64,000 bases of DNA from a virus. Position 1 is the stretch's first letter. The number at the start of each line of letters is the position of its first letter. The notes under the pieces were generated by a model. The model saw nothing but the letters and a program-made list of their open reading frames with translations, did not search any database and was not told the DNA's origin. Positions 29,565 through 38,852 of this stretch are shown piece by piece. Location: positions 13,807 through 77,806 of IMG/VR virus record IMGVR_UViG_3300032053_000038. One strand, 5' to 3'. Made by a program: the position numbers and the translations under genes.

Positions 29565-29872
29565 AATTCGTTAATAACTCTGTTGAGACATTTCACACAA
29601 ATTACTTCGTCTCGTAATTCAAACTTTCTTTTTGAGATTCTGTGCCAGATCTGCTTATTAAGTACGTTGTCGTGTGTACAAAGTAACTGACGCTTCTTAA
29701 GAGCAAGAGCTTCTAATAGCGTTAACTGTTTAGGTAGCTCTTCACAACTGATGGGATTGCCTGGAGTTACTACTTCCATAGGTAATATTTGGGCAACTAC
29801 ATCTTTAACATCAGCTTTTAAAGTCTGAATTGTTTTAAATGCGTAATAGTTTAATGTATCGTTCCAGTTCAT
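29561..29872 (-). CDS. Hypothetical protein with possible CxH..CxxC zinc site
   Basis: 103-aa ORF containing LCTH...ICVKC. Confidence 0.5.
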   Translation of the reverse strand: MNWNDTLNYYAFKTIQTLKADVKDVVAQILPMEVVTPGNPISCEELPKQLTLLEALALKKRQLLCTHDNVLNKQIWHRISKRKFELRDEVICVKCLNRVINEL

Positions 29873-30180
29873 TATTTTTCGACGAAGTAATAAAGAATGC
29901 CATTCGTAACAGATGTTACTAAAAAAGTAACTAAAGCTACGCCTGCGGCCATCTTACCAGAGATACCTCTTACTTGTTCGACTAATCCCGGCTTATCACC
30001 ATCAATACCATATACAGTTGCTTCTAGACGGTCACATCTCTTACAGCTAGTTTTATGATAATCATCAACTTTATTAGAAAGATTCTTTTGATCAGTTTTA
30101 ATTTCTCTCTGATCAGTTTTAATTTCTCCAACTAGCTTCATTAGGTCCGACCGCCACTGAATATCTTCATTACGGGGCAT
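29872..30180 (-). CDS. Coiled-coil protein with C-terminal TM helix (XhlA/holin-like)
   Basis: Heptad repeats (EIKTDQ twice) and one C-terminal hydrophobic helix; AAGGAG RBS. Confidence 0.55.
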   Translation of the reverse strand: MPRNEDIQWRSDLMKLVGEIKTDQREIKTDQKNLSNKVDDYHKTSCKRCDRLEATVYGIDGDKPGLVEQVRGISGKMAAGVALVTFLVTSVTNGILYYFVEK

Positions 30181-30245
30181 TTGATTGCTCCTTTCTCTTA
30201 CGTGGCGCTAAGCGTGCGTCTAATAAGCTATTCTATAAATACTAA

Positions 30246-30674
30246 TTACTCTGCGCTAACGGTTACAGTAGAGGCATCACTTGTTACACTATTGCCACCA
30301 ACGGTAACTACACAAGAGTAGCTTCCACTATCACCAACGGCACTAGGATCTATCGAAAGAGAAGCAGAGGTAGCATCCTGAATATTATCTTCGCCCTTCT
30401 TCCATTGATAAGACTTTACGCCATCAGCTACAGCACTCACACCGAGAGAAATTGCTGCAGGTGCTATTACGCTAAGGTCGCTCATCGGCGCCACAAATAT
30501 TCCATTGCCTTCTTTATAGCCGATACCTACTTTATCGGGAGTTAGTATCCAAGAACCAGCAGCATCACCATACTGTGCTCTAATCTCATTGCCATGAGTG
30601 GTAACGAAATCAGCATCAGCAACGATAACGGCCTTTACCTTTGTATCAATTCCTACGAGTGCGTATTCTGCCAT
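30246..30674 (-). CDS. Fibre-associated protein with C-terminal Ig domain
   Basis: SYQWKKG..IQDATSASLSI..DSGSYSCVVT. Confidence 0.75.
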   Translation of the reverse strand: MAEYALVGIDTKVKAVIVADADFVTTHGNEIRAQYGDAAGSWILTPDKVGIGYKEGNGIFVAPMSDLSVIAPAAISLGVSAVADGVKSYQWKKGEDNIQDATSASLSIDPSAVGDSGSYSCVVTVGGNSVTSDASTVTVSAE

Positions 30675-30693
30675 CTTTGTATCTCCTATTAAA

Positions 30694-31551
30694 TTATTCG
30701 TACCACATTACGAAACAGTATCCACTACCACCATTGCCGCCGTTATAGGTGGAACTAGTGCCACCACCGCCCCCACCCGTATTTGCGACACCATTTCCCC
30801 CGCCAGTGAAAGAACCATCTCCCCCGCCACTGCTACCTGCACCACATGAGTAGGTACTGCCGCCTCCGCCGCCTCCGCCACCAAAAGCAGTTAAGCTAGT
30901 AGAACCACTAAAACATATTCCGCAGCCACCGTTTCCAGCAGCTATTTGAGGACCTCCCGCTGCACCAAAAGCACAGCCCCCACCCCCACCAGTCGAACCA
31001 TTACCACCATTTCTTGAATTTAATTGCGAATCCGTTCCAGAACCTACGCGCACAGCATTGCCGCCAAAGGTCGAAGCACCGCCTCCACCCCCACCAGCCG
31101 AATTGTTCGTCGAAGTTGTGGAACAACCGCCTCCGCCTCCACAACCTCCAGAGCCGCCAATATTACCATCAGTGGAGGAATTACCACTCCCTCCTCCTCC
31201 ACCCCCTCCCTGAGCAGTTAATAAGGCACCAAAGGTACTAGAAGTACCAGTACTACCAGAACTACCAGAAGTGCTACCACCCCCAGCACCTCCGCTACCA
31301 AGAGTAACAGAAACATTCCCAGCAACAGTTACAAATGAATGTACGACTGCGCCCCCACCGCCACCGCCACCAGCCGGTATAGAAGTATTTGCTTTTGAAC
31401 CCCCACCGCCGCCGCCACCACCTACAAGAAATACTTCTGCAGTATTTACTCCGGAAGGTTTAGTCCAAGTACCCGAAGAAAGAAATTCTTGAAATTTAAA
31501 AGTTTTACCAGAACCGCTAGAACCACCAAGTCCCGTTAATGTAATTGTCAT
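30694..31551 (-). CDS. Glycine-rich fibre/adhesin domain protein (probable start 31551)
   Basis: FQEFLSSGTWTKPSGV..LVGGGGGGG..ANTGGGGGG..GGSGYCFVMWY. Confidence 0.75.
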   Translation of the reverse strand: MTITLTGLGGSSGSGKTFKFQEFLSSGTWTKPSGVNTAEVFLVGGGGGGGGSKANTSIPAGGGGGGGAVVHSFVTVAGNVSVTLGSGGAGGGSTSGSSGSTGTSSTFGALLTAQGGGGGGGSGNSSTDGNIGGSGGCGGGGGCSTTSTNNSAGGGGGGASTFGGNAVRVGSGTDSQLNSRNGGNGSTGGGGGCAFGAAGGPQIAAGNGGCGICFSGSTSLTAFGGGGGGGGSTYSCGAGSSGGGDGSFTGGGNGVANTGGGGGGTSSTYNGGNGGSGYCFVMWYE

Positions 31552-31553
31552 AA

Positions 31554-31976
31554 TTATTGAGTCCTTGTTATCCAGACCCATACATCAACTGAGCCTGCAG
31601 ATAAAGTATTTAGATTAACATTTGAAGTTAGAGCTAACCTGATAGAAGTTGCTGAGCCATGATTTTCACTTCCAACTACGCTATTAATATTAAAGGTAGT
31701 AGCAGCAACAGGATTAGCAGTAGCATCTATCTCATACTGAGGATGATACTTAGTAAGAGTTCCTACAATACCTACGCTTGCCTTACAGGTAGTCTGACCC
31801 GCAGCAACAAAGCCGGTAGAGTGTTTCATCTTTACCATAGTAATAATACCCGCAGCAGGAAGGGAAAGTAGTTCCACATCACCTGTAACTGCGGCGAATC
31901 CAGAGAAAGCTGTATAAGGAACTGTGACCCTAGCTAAGCTTCCTTCTTGACTAAGATTTATTGAAGTTTGACTCAT
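31554..31976 (-). CDS. Beta-sandwich decoration protein, paralogue of the C-terminal domain of 33563..35140
   Basis: Shared TVPY..F, SVGI.GTL.KY and NLNT..AGSV blocks. Confidence 0.6.
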   Translation of the reverse strand: MSQTSINLSQEGSLARVTVPYTAFSGFAAVTGDVELLSLPAAGIITMVKMKHSTGFVAAGQTTCKASVGIVGTLTKYHPQYEIDATANPVAATTFNINSVVGSENHGSATSIRLALTSNVNLNTLSAGSVDVWVWITRTQ

Positions 31977-31988
31977 AGTTTAAATTCC

Positions 31989-32390
31989 TTACCAAGTAAA
32001 TGCTAATACCGCTGCAACAGTCTCTAAAGCATTGATATCACTTTCTGCTTGTGTTTGTGCCGTACGGAAAGCTTGAATACCACTTTTAATAGCTATGGTA
32101 GTAGATTCATCATAGAATCCATTGGCACAGTTAGCTTGTTTCCAGATAGGATAAGTGGCATAAATACGAGTTTGACATTCTTCTTTAGATTTAGTTATAC
32201 TCCAAATTTTAGCGGTAGCGAGTTCAGCATTGAGGAGTTGTTGCTCAGTGGGTTTATCTGATTGATCGAGCCACTCTAATTTGGAGTAATCCTTCATATC
32301 TTCGCGGATACCCCACTGCTTTCCCGCCCAGCCACCATTCTGAAGAATCGTAGGTATATCAAGTACAAACATTTTTTTCTCCTCGCTCAA
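31989..32390 (-). CDS. XkdW-like fibre assembly/chaperone protein
   Basis: LEWLDQSDKPTEQQL, RIYATYPIWKQAN, terminal FTW. Confidence 0.5.
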   Translation of the reverse strand: MSEEKKMFVLDIPTILQNGGWAGKQWGIREDMKDYSKLEWLDQSDKPTEQQLLNAELATAKIWSITKSKEECQTRIYATYPIWKQANCANGFYDESTTIAIKSGIQAFRTAQTQAESDINALETVAAVLAFTW

Positions 32391-32391
32391 A

Positions 32392-32883
32392 TTATGCGAC
32401 TATCTCCACAATCCTGATGAATGACCCAGCTCCATAGCTTGCTCCCAATTCCACATAATCGTGATTGAAACGTCCCTGGACTCCAGTATATGTCCCACCG
32501 CGTGCGGTTAATGTAACTGGCGATGTAGTCCCTGCGATCTTATACCCCTCACATCTAACTATAGTACGAGATAATGCGGTTGAAGCATGAGTCGTCGCGT
32601 TGATGAACGCCGTTGTTTCTGAACCGAAAAGCAACCCAACTTCTCCATAAAAAGCACCCCAAGGACTATTCAGTCCGCATTGTAGTACACAATGTAAAAT
32701 GTTGCCCACCGCTTTCGGCGTAATTGTGGCAGTGAATAGCAACGCTCCATTTGAAGTGGTCATTGGACCGGCCATATTGATGGAAGCGGTCGTATCCAAA
32801 TATCCTAGCCAAGGCTGATGAACCACCTGAACTACACACCCCGGCAATGCATCTAATGATAAATTTAATTTTGTTTCAGCCAT
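32392..32883 (-). CDS. Fibre tip-like beta-sandwich protein
   Basis: PGCVVQVV..ATITPK..SFIRIVEI pattern. Confidence 0.55.
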   Translation of the reverse strand: MAETKLNLSLDALPGCVVQVVHQPWLGYLDTTASINMAGPMTTSNGALLFTATITPKAVGNILHCVLQCGLNSPWGAFYGEVGLLFGSETTAFINATTHASTALSRTIVRCEGYKIAGTTSPVTLTARGGTYTGVQGRFNHDYVELGASYGAGSFIRIVEIVA

Positions 32884-32892
32884 ATGTTTACC

Positions 32893-33552
32893 TTATGCGT
32901 ACCACTCGACGCGGCAGTAACCCTGAGTTCCTAAACCTCCGGTGCCGCCGGCTAAAACGTTAGCCGTAGCAGCTTTGATTGCACCACTTCCTCCGCCACC
33001 GCCAGCGCCATAGCCGGCAGCAGTTGCACCAGCGTTGCCCACAGCCATACCGACGGCTGGAATTCCTCCCAGACCTCCTATACCGTAACTTGTACTTCCT
33101 CCCACTCCTCCGTAACTAGAGTAAGCTGGCGTGCCGTCACCCAGACCTCCCTCAGTCCCCCAACTTGTTCCACTACCCGTCTGTCCCCTAGGGCCATTCG
33201 AAACGCCCGATACGGCTGTGCCCCCCGCAATTCCTCCAGAAGCGGAAACTGCTCCGAAGGAACTAGCAGAACCGTTTCCACCGCCACCTGCTCCAATAGT
33301 GATGAGCACGTCTCCCGCAACCATTACTGGAAGACGTATTTCTTGTCCTGCTGCACCACCCCCACCTCCTCCACACGCCTGTGCCGGTATAGAACTATTG
33401 GTTCCGCCTCCTCCCCCTCCTTGACCTCCTCCCCCAAGTAGAGTAATTGTTACCGTACTAACGCCAGAAGGTCTAGTCCAAGTACCTGAAGAAGTGAATT
33501 CTTGAAAATAAAAAGTTTTACTAAAAGCGGAACCATCAGTTATAAAAGACAT
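32893..33552 (-). CDS. Glycine-rich fibre/adhesin domain protein (paralogue of 30694..31551)
   Basis: KTFYFQEFTSSGTWTRPSGV ... GYCRVEWY. Confidence 0.75.
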   Translation of the reverse strand: MSFITDGSAFSKTFYFQEFTSSGTWTRPSGVSTVTITLLGGGGQGGGGGGTNSSIPAQACGGGGGGAAGQEIRLPVMVAGDVLITIGAGGGGNGSASSFGAVSASGGIAGGTAVSGVSNGPRGQTGSGTSWGTEGGLGDGTPAYSSYGGVGGSTSYGIGGLGGIPAVGMAVGNAGATAAGYGAGGGGGSGAIKAATANVLAGGTGGLGTQGYCRVEWYA

Positions 33553-33562
33553 TTAATTCTCC

Positions 33563-35140
33563 TTAGAATACCTGCGATACTAGGACCTTTATGGTCACAG
33601 ATCCTGCCGCAGCGGTATTTAAGTTTCCACCTACCGAGGTAGCGGTGATCTTAATAGAAACAGGATTAGCTGTATCTTCCATACCTGGATTACTTGATAC
33701 TTGACCTAACGTGGTCGCAGGAGCTTGGAAGACATTAAATGCGTTAGCATATTTTGCTAATGTACCAATAATACCCACGCTGACGGTGTAAGCTGAAATG
33801 CTTCCACCGGTAAATGATGCAGTGTGAGATATTACGACATTATGAATCATTTGACCAGCAGCTAACGTAAATAGTGTAATAGATTCAGTAAGGCCTGCAG
33901 CTGTAAACGAACCATAAGGAACAGTATAAGTTTGCCACTGAGGTGTTCTAGATGTAATAGCAGTAGCAGATGTCCATAATTCAATTACTACCCTATCACC
34001 AAGACCCCTTCCAGCATTAAATACAATACTGTTACCACTGATAGTATAGTCGTTACTTGCCCCGTACGACTTTCTTAATCCGTTAGCATAAACGCTCTCT
34101 TGGCCTGATACGAGCGTGTTTGTTAGTGCAAACGTAGTTTGACCCGCAGTAGCAGTGAACTCTTCAACGGTTGGAGCGTTTGCAGTGTTTAATACGGTTA
34201 GAATCTCTACTGTTACTTTATCATCAACGGAAAGACCTGTATTAAAGACAATGTTCTGACCAGAAACTTGATAGTCGTAAGAGGCACCGTTCCTCATTAA
34301 GCGACCGTTCCAGTATACCCACTCATTTCCTGAAGTAAATGTCTGAACTACTACAAACGTAGTCTGACCAGCAGTAGCTACGAAATTCTCCCGAACAGGC
34401 TGTGAACCATTACCACTAACAGTAACTATCGAAGCATCGTTACCAACATCATCCGAAACAGTTACCGCTGCGCCCACGAAGTTAAGTTTTAGGCGTTGTG
34501 TTACAGAACTTCCTTCATCTTGAATGGTATGACCTGCACCAACAGGATTCCATAAAGCACCGTCAAATCTATAAAGTTTGTTATCTGTTGTACTATCAAT
34601 AACTAGACCCTGTATAGCAGAAATTGAATTTCTCTGCGTATTGGTCATCTGAGGGAAACGAACACCTTTAGCTGTAGAGACCATATCTAAGATGGCTACA
34701 GAGTTAGGAGACGCGGCCCCTATAGATAGCGTACCAGCAGAAACATTATTTGACGCGGCAATAGCTCCAGCTACATCTAAATCTAAAGTAGGTGTCTTAT
34801 TAATACCAACCCAATTATTACCAACGTCTACTAAAAGAACATTAGTGTCAACAGCTACGTTACCAGAAATTGCAACAGCTCCGCTTACATCAAGAGGGAC
34901 CGCTGGAGTTTTATTAATACCAACCCAATTGTTGCCAACATCAACTAAAAGAACATTAGTATCTATTGCAACATTCCCCGAGATAGCTACAGCTCCAGAA
35001 ACATCTAGGGGGACAGTCGGAGTTTTATTAATACCAACCCAATTGTTGCCAGCATCAACTAAAAGAACATTAGTATCAACAGCTAGGTCATTAGTAAGAG
35101 TTACCTTACCATCATTAGCTACAGTATATGTTGTGCCCAC
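33563..35140 (-). CDS. Multidomain fibre/decoration protein
   Basis: Three 38-aa repeats, two ExFxATAGQTTF..VYxNG..DY domains, and a C-terminal beta-sandwich. Confidence 0.7.
   Translation of the reverse strand: MGTTYTVANDGKVTLTNDLAVDTNVLLVDAGNNWVGINKTPTVPLDVSGAVAISGNVAIDTNVLLVDVGNNWVGINKTPAVPLDVSGAVAISGNVAVDTNVLLVDVGNNWVGINKTPTLDLDVAGAIAASNNVSAGTLSIGAASPNSVAILDMVSTAKGVRFPQMTNTQRNSISAIQGLVIDSTTDNKLYRFDGALWNPVGAGHTIQDEGSSVTQRLKLNFVGAAVTVSDDVGNDASIVTVSGNGSQPVRENFVATAGQTTFVVVQTFTSGNEWVYWNGRLMRNGASYDYQVSGQNIVFNTGLSVDDKVTVEILTVLNTANAPTVEEFTATAGQTTFALTNTLVSGQESVYANGLRKSYGASNDYTISGNSIVFNAGRGLGDRVVIELWTSATAITSRTPQWQTYTVPYGSFTAAGLTESITLFTLAAGQMIHNVVISHTASFTGGSISAYTVSVGIIGTLAKYANAFNVFQAPATTLGQVSSNPGMEDTANPVSIKITATSVGGNLNTAAAGSVTIKVLVSQVF
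34765..35085 (-). repeat. About three 114-bp coding repeats (VDTNVLLVDxGNNWVGINKTPxxxLDVxGA)
   Basis: Visible in both DNA and protein; boundaries approximate. Confidence 0.85.
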
Positions 35141-35164
35141 TTTATCTCTCCTACTATCCTATGT

Positions 35165-35614
35165 TTAGCCCAGGATGACAATCGCCGTGCTAAAGCCTTT
35201 AAATTGTTTATCGGTGCTGTTATACCAAAATTGTCCCTCTACAGGACTTCCAGGATCCCCTGCAACTACACCTAAAAAGAAAGTAGCCCCGGAAATGTTC
35301 CCGGTAGTTACTACATTTTGAGCGACGAAATTGGCTGAAATCTTTGAACCAGAAATAGCGGCAGTAGATGATACTTTGTTATCATAAATAGCATTATCAT
35401 AAATAGCTGCAGTTGATACTGCCGATGTAGCCAACTTACCATCCGTTACATTGGCATCAGCAATAGCTGCAGATAATACCGATGAAGTAGCTAACTTAGT
35501 AGAAGTTACATTGGCATCAGCTATATGAGTTGTTCTTACCGCAGAAGTACCAATATCTACAGCTTGGATAGTACTATCTGTAATCTGCCCGCCATTGATT
35601 GTAGTTCGGCCCAT
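35165..35614 (-). CDS. Short IADANVT-repeat fibre protein
   Basis: Same repeat as 35658..38129; C-terminus WYNSTDKQFKGFSTAIVILG. Confidence 0.7.
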   Translation of the reverse strand: MGRTTINGGQITDSTIQAVDIGTSAVRTTHIADANVTSTKLATSSVLSAAIADANVTDGKLATSAVSTAAIYDNAIYDNKVSSTAAISGSKISANFVAQNVVTTGNISGATFFLGVVAGDPGSPVEGQFWYNSTDKQFKGFSTAIVILG

Positions 35615-35657
35615 TATTAATTCCCCCTCATGAAGAGAAATTTATCTTCAATCAGGA

Positions 35658-38129
35658 TTAGTACCGATAGGTACTTCTTAACTTTTCACCTGATGCGGGC
35701 GCTGTCGCAAAGGCAAAACTCTTATCCTTTATTGCGTAGTCGTCCCCAACGACAACAAAATTAATAGTACCACCTACTTGAGTAGTTCCGAGCCATACCT
35801 GCTCTAGAACTAAGGTGCTAACTGTCTTAGAAGCTACAGCTCCTAGGGCTAGCGTTTCACCACTGCGAGTTACAATATCACCTGCGACAAAGCCAGAGGT
35901 ATCAGCGATGTTCGAGATAGTATTATTGCCATTAGCGAAGTTACCTGTCTGTCCCGAAGAAACCTCAGAAACGTTATTTCTATCCTGCAGCTGTCCATTT
36001 AGATAAATGTTTTCACTACCGGTAACTGGTGAATATACAAGCTCGAAATACTTCTTTACACCATCAGGAGTTATGGCTGGAGCTTCACGGGTAACAAATC
36101 TAAAGCTAAGTTTATTTTCAGATATTGCATTATCTGCAAGTTTAACAGTCGTAACGTTACTATCAGCTATAGCATTAGATAATACCGATGAAGTAGCTAG
36201 TTTAGTAGCTGTTACATTAGCATCTGCAATAGCATTAGATAATACCGATGAAGTAGCTAACTTAGTAGAAGTTACATTGGCATCAGCTATAGCATTAGAT
36301 AATACTGAAGATGTAGCTAGTTTAGTAGAAGTTACATTGGCATCTGCTATAGCATTAGATAATACCGATGAAGTAGCTAACTTAGTAGAAGTTACATTGG
36401 CATCAGCTATAGCATTGGTAAGAACAGAAGATGTAGCTAATTTGTCACTAGTTACATTAGCATCAGCTATAGAATTAGATAATACTGAAGATGTAGCTAA
36501 CTTAGTAGCTGTTACATTGGCATCAGCTATAGCATTAGATAATACTGATGATGTAGCTAGTTTAGTAGAAGTTACATTAGCATCTGCAATAGCATTAGTT
36601 AATACCGATGAAGTAGCTAGTTTAGTAGCTGTTACATTAGCATCTGCAATAGCATTAGTTAATACCGATGAAGTAGCTAGTTTAGTAGAAGTTACATTAG
36701 CATCTGCAATAGCATTAGATAATACCGATGAAGTAGCTAGTTTAGTAGCTGTTACATTGGCATCAGCAATCAGGTTGGAAGTAACACCACTAACATCAAT
36801 ACTAACGGAGTTAGCATCAATGATAATACCTGTTCCTGCTCCTACGTTAAGTGTATTACCATCCTTTGTTAAGCCATCACCTGCGTTAATGCCCGCCGCA
36901 CCAGTCCATTCTATCCAACTTCCTGTAGGACCCGTTCCTTCAAATACGAAGCCCTCGTTGTCATTAAAAGGTATAGGGACATTGTGAATTAATATAGAAT
37001 TACCATTAGCAGGAGCTGTTAAAGTAGCAGTAAGGCTAGCCCCACCGAACTCCGCAATTTTGTTGTCATCAGCACCTTCTGTATATGGTGCGATAAGCGC
37101 AGTAGTTTTGGCGAGAAGGGCTCGGGTATGATTTGGAGGGAAACCACCGGAGTTAGCTACAATCTTAACCCAGATTGTACCATTATCTTCAACCAGGTCT
37201 CCGGCAACTACACTAACAGTACCACGAGTAAGTATACCGGCATCAGTTACAACGTAAGAATCTCCACCTACAATAGATAGACCGTCTAAGGTAGCAACAG
37301 TTGCGTTACCGACTAGGGATCGAACTGCAGCAGGCTCAATCCATAGGAGGCCGGAAACCAAATTATCTACATAGCTCTTGTTAGCTGCTTCATTAGCATT
37401 AAGCGGAGTAGCTAGAGATGTAATATAAAAGCTGTTAGCACTAAGATTACCCGATAATGCGCGAGTACCGTTTGCATAAAGATAGACCGCCGCTAACTTA
37501 CCATCAGTTACATTAGCATCAGCTATAGCATTAGATAATACCGATGATGTAGCTAGTTTATCGCTAGTTACATTGGCATCTGCTATAGCATTAGATAATA
37601 CCGATGATGTAGCTAACTTAGTAGAAGTTACATTAGCATCAGCTATAGCATTAGATAATACCGATGAAGTAGCTAGTTTAGTAGCTGTTACATTAGCATC
37701 TGCAATAGCATTAGATAATACCGATGAAGTAGCTAACTTAGTAGAAGTTACATTGGCATCTGCTATAGCATTAGATAATACCGATGATGTAGCTAACTTA
37801 GTAGAAGTTACATTGGCATCTGCTATAGCATTAGATAATACCGATGAAGTAGCTAGTTTAGTAGCTGTTACATTAGCATCTGCAATAGCATTAGTTAATA
37901 CCGATGAAGTAGCTAGTTTAGTAGCTGTTACATTAGCATCAGCTATAGCATTAGATAATACCGATGAAGTAGCTAATTTAGTAGATGTTACATTGGCATC
38001 TGCTATCTGATTAGACTGTACTGCAGAATAAGCAATCTTCTCAGTTGTTACATTATTGTCTGCTATTTTAGCAGTGACTAACGAATTATCTTGGCCCTGT
38101 TTACCAAGATCAATTTGAGTTCTCGCCAT
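35658..38129 (-). CDS. Long repeat fibre protein (20-aa IADANVTxTKLATSSVLxNA repeats)
   Basis: 8 + 10 full repeats flank a central domain (AANKSYVD..GLLW..AGDGLTKDGNTLNV) typical of phage fibres. Confidence 0.8.
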   Translation of the reverse strand: MARTQIDLGKQGQDNSLVTAKIADNNVTTEKIAYSAVQSNQIADANVTSTKLATSSVLSNAIADANVTATKLATSSVLTNAIADANVTATKLATSSVLSNAIADANVTSTKLATSSVLSNAIADANVTSTKLATSSVLSNAIADANVTATKLATSSVLSNAIADANVTSTKLATSSVLSNAIADANVTSDKLATSSVLSNAIADANVTDGKLAAVYLYANGTRALSGNLSANSFYITSLATPLNANEAANKSYVDNLVSGLLWIEPAAVRSLVGNATVATLDGLSIVGGDSYVVTDAGILTRGTVSVVAGDLVEDNGTIWVKIVANSGGFPPNHTRALLAKTTALIAPYTEGADDNKIAEFGGASLTATLTAPANGNSILIHNVPIPFNDNEGFVFEGTGPTGSWIEWTGAAGINAGDGLTKDGNTLNVGAGTGIIIDANSVSIDVSGVTSNLIADANVTATKLATSSVLSNAIADANVTSTKLATSSVLTNAIADANVTATKLATSSVLTNAIADANVTSTKLATSSVLSNAIADANVTATKLATSSVLSNSIADANVTSDKLATSSVLTNAIADANVTSTKLATSSVLSNAIADANVTSTKLATSSVLSNAIADANVTSTKLATSSVLSNAIADANVTATKLATSSVLSNAIADSNVTTVKLADNAISENKLSFRFVTREAPAITPDGVKKYFELVYSPVTGSENIYLNGQLQDRNNVSEVSSGQTGNFANGNNTISNIADTSGFVAGDIVTRSGETLALGAVASKTVSTLVLEQVWLGTTQVGGTINFVVVGDDYAIKDKSFAFATAPASGEKLRSTYRY
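36171..36770 (-). repeat. Tandem 60-bp coding repeat, 10 units
   Basis: Near-identical units, counted in the translation. Confidence 0.95.
37527..38006 (-). repeat. Tandem 60-bp coding repeat, 8 units
   Basis: Same unit as 36171..36770. Confidence 0.95.
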
Positions 38130-38139
38130 TATATATCTC

Positions 38140-38256
38140 CTAAACTGGTTTTAAAACTATTCCACAATTAGTGCAACATTGTAATCTGCCAATACCAGCA
38201 GATGTTAATCTATGAAAGCCGAAAAAGCATTTGATACGTCGTAGTCGTCTTATCAT
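38140..38256 (-). CDS. 38-aa Cx4H..CxxC zinc-finger microprotein (not in ORF track)
   Basis: ATGA-coupled to the methyltransferase. MIRRLRRIKCFFGFHRLTSAGIGRLQCCTNCGIVLKPV*. Confidence 0.65.
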   Translation of the reverse strand: MIRRLRRIKCFFGFHRLTSAGIGRLQCCTNCGIVLKPV

Positions 38257-38852
38257 ATTTTCATATACTTTAAGACACCACGACCTACTCTATAAATCTT
38301 TCCACCTACTAGGGAATATCCCTCTAAAATCCTATCTACTTGTCTACGATTATCTTCACCATGATATTCTAATAAAATAATAGAATATGTTAGCTTGTTA
38401 AAATCTTTTAATTTGGAAAGAATATAACCCTCAGCTCCCTCTACGTCTAATTTTAATATAGTTGTTTCAGGTATAGTCTCAGGGGCTACGGTTATAATAT
38501 CTTCAAATTCGTCGGACTGTTCCCCAATCTTATATAAGCTACATTCGCCGATGTTATTCTTTCCTTTATAAAGCCTTGTTAGTGACTTATCACCTACAGC
38601 CTCGTTTCTACAAATAACAGTAGAATTGCTTATTTGAGAAATATTTTTCGACAGTAATTCAAAGTTAGACTTTGAGGGCTCATAACAATGAATAGTACAA
38701 CCTGGCCACTTCATTGAAGCCCATACAGCAAAGCTACCAACATTAGCACCTAAGTCTGTAATTGTTGGTGTTCCTTCGTATTGGATATTATATTCTCCAT
38801 CTAATACTTGCTGTACATGTGGTACCATCGATTGGGGGCAAGTAATATTCAT
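38253..38852 (-). CDS. FkbM-family SAM-dependent methyltransferase
   Basis: DLGANVG, CYEP, AVG and LKLDVEGAE motifs. Confidence 0.9.
   Translation of the reverse strand: MNITCPQSMVPHVQQVLDGEYNIQYEGTPTITDLGANVGSFAVWASMKWPGCTIHCYEPSKSNFELLSKNISQISNSTVICRNEAVGDKSLTRLYKGKNNIGECSLYKIGEQSDEFEDIITVAPETIPETTILKLDVEGAEGYILSKLKDFNKLTYSIILLEYHGEDNRRQVDRILEGYSLVGGKIYRVGRGVLKYMKI

Noticed and set aside
36007-36987. 326-aa plus-strand ORF and the other plus-strand ORFs in the track (e.g. 34692..35168, 37573..38010, 20722..21201)
   Set aside because: They are antisense shadows of well-supported minus-strand genes, caused by repeats and codon bias, and show no independent motifs.
36171-38006. Regular 60-bp repeats as a CRISPR array
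   Set aside because: There are no unique spacers, the units are in-frame coding repeats, and no cas genes are present.
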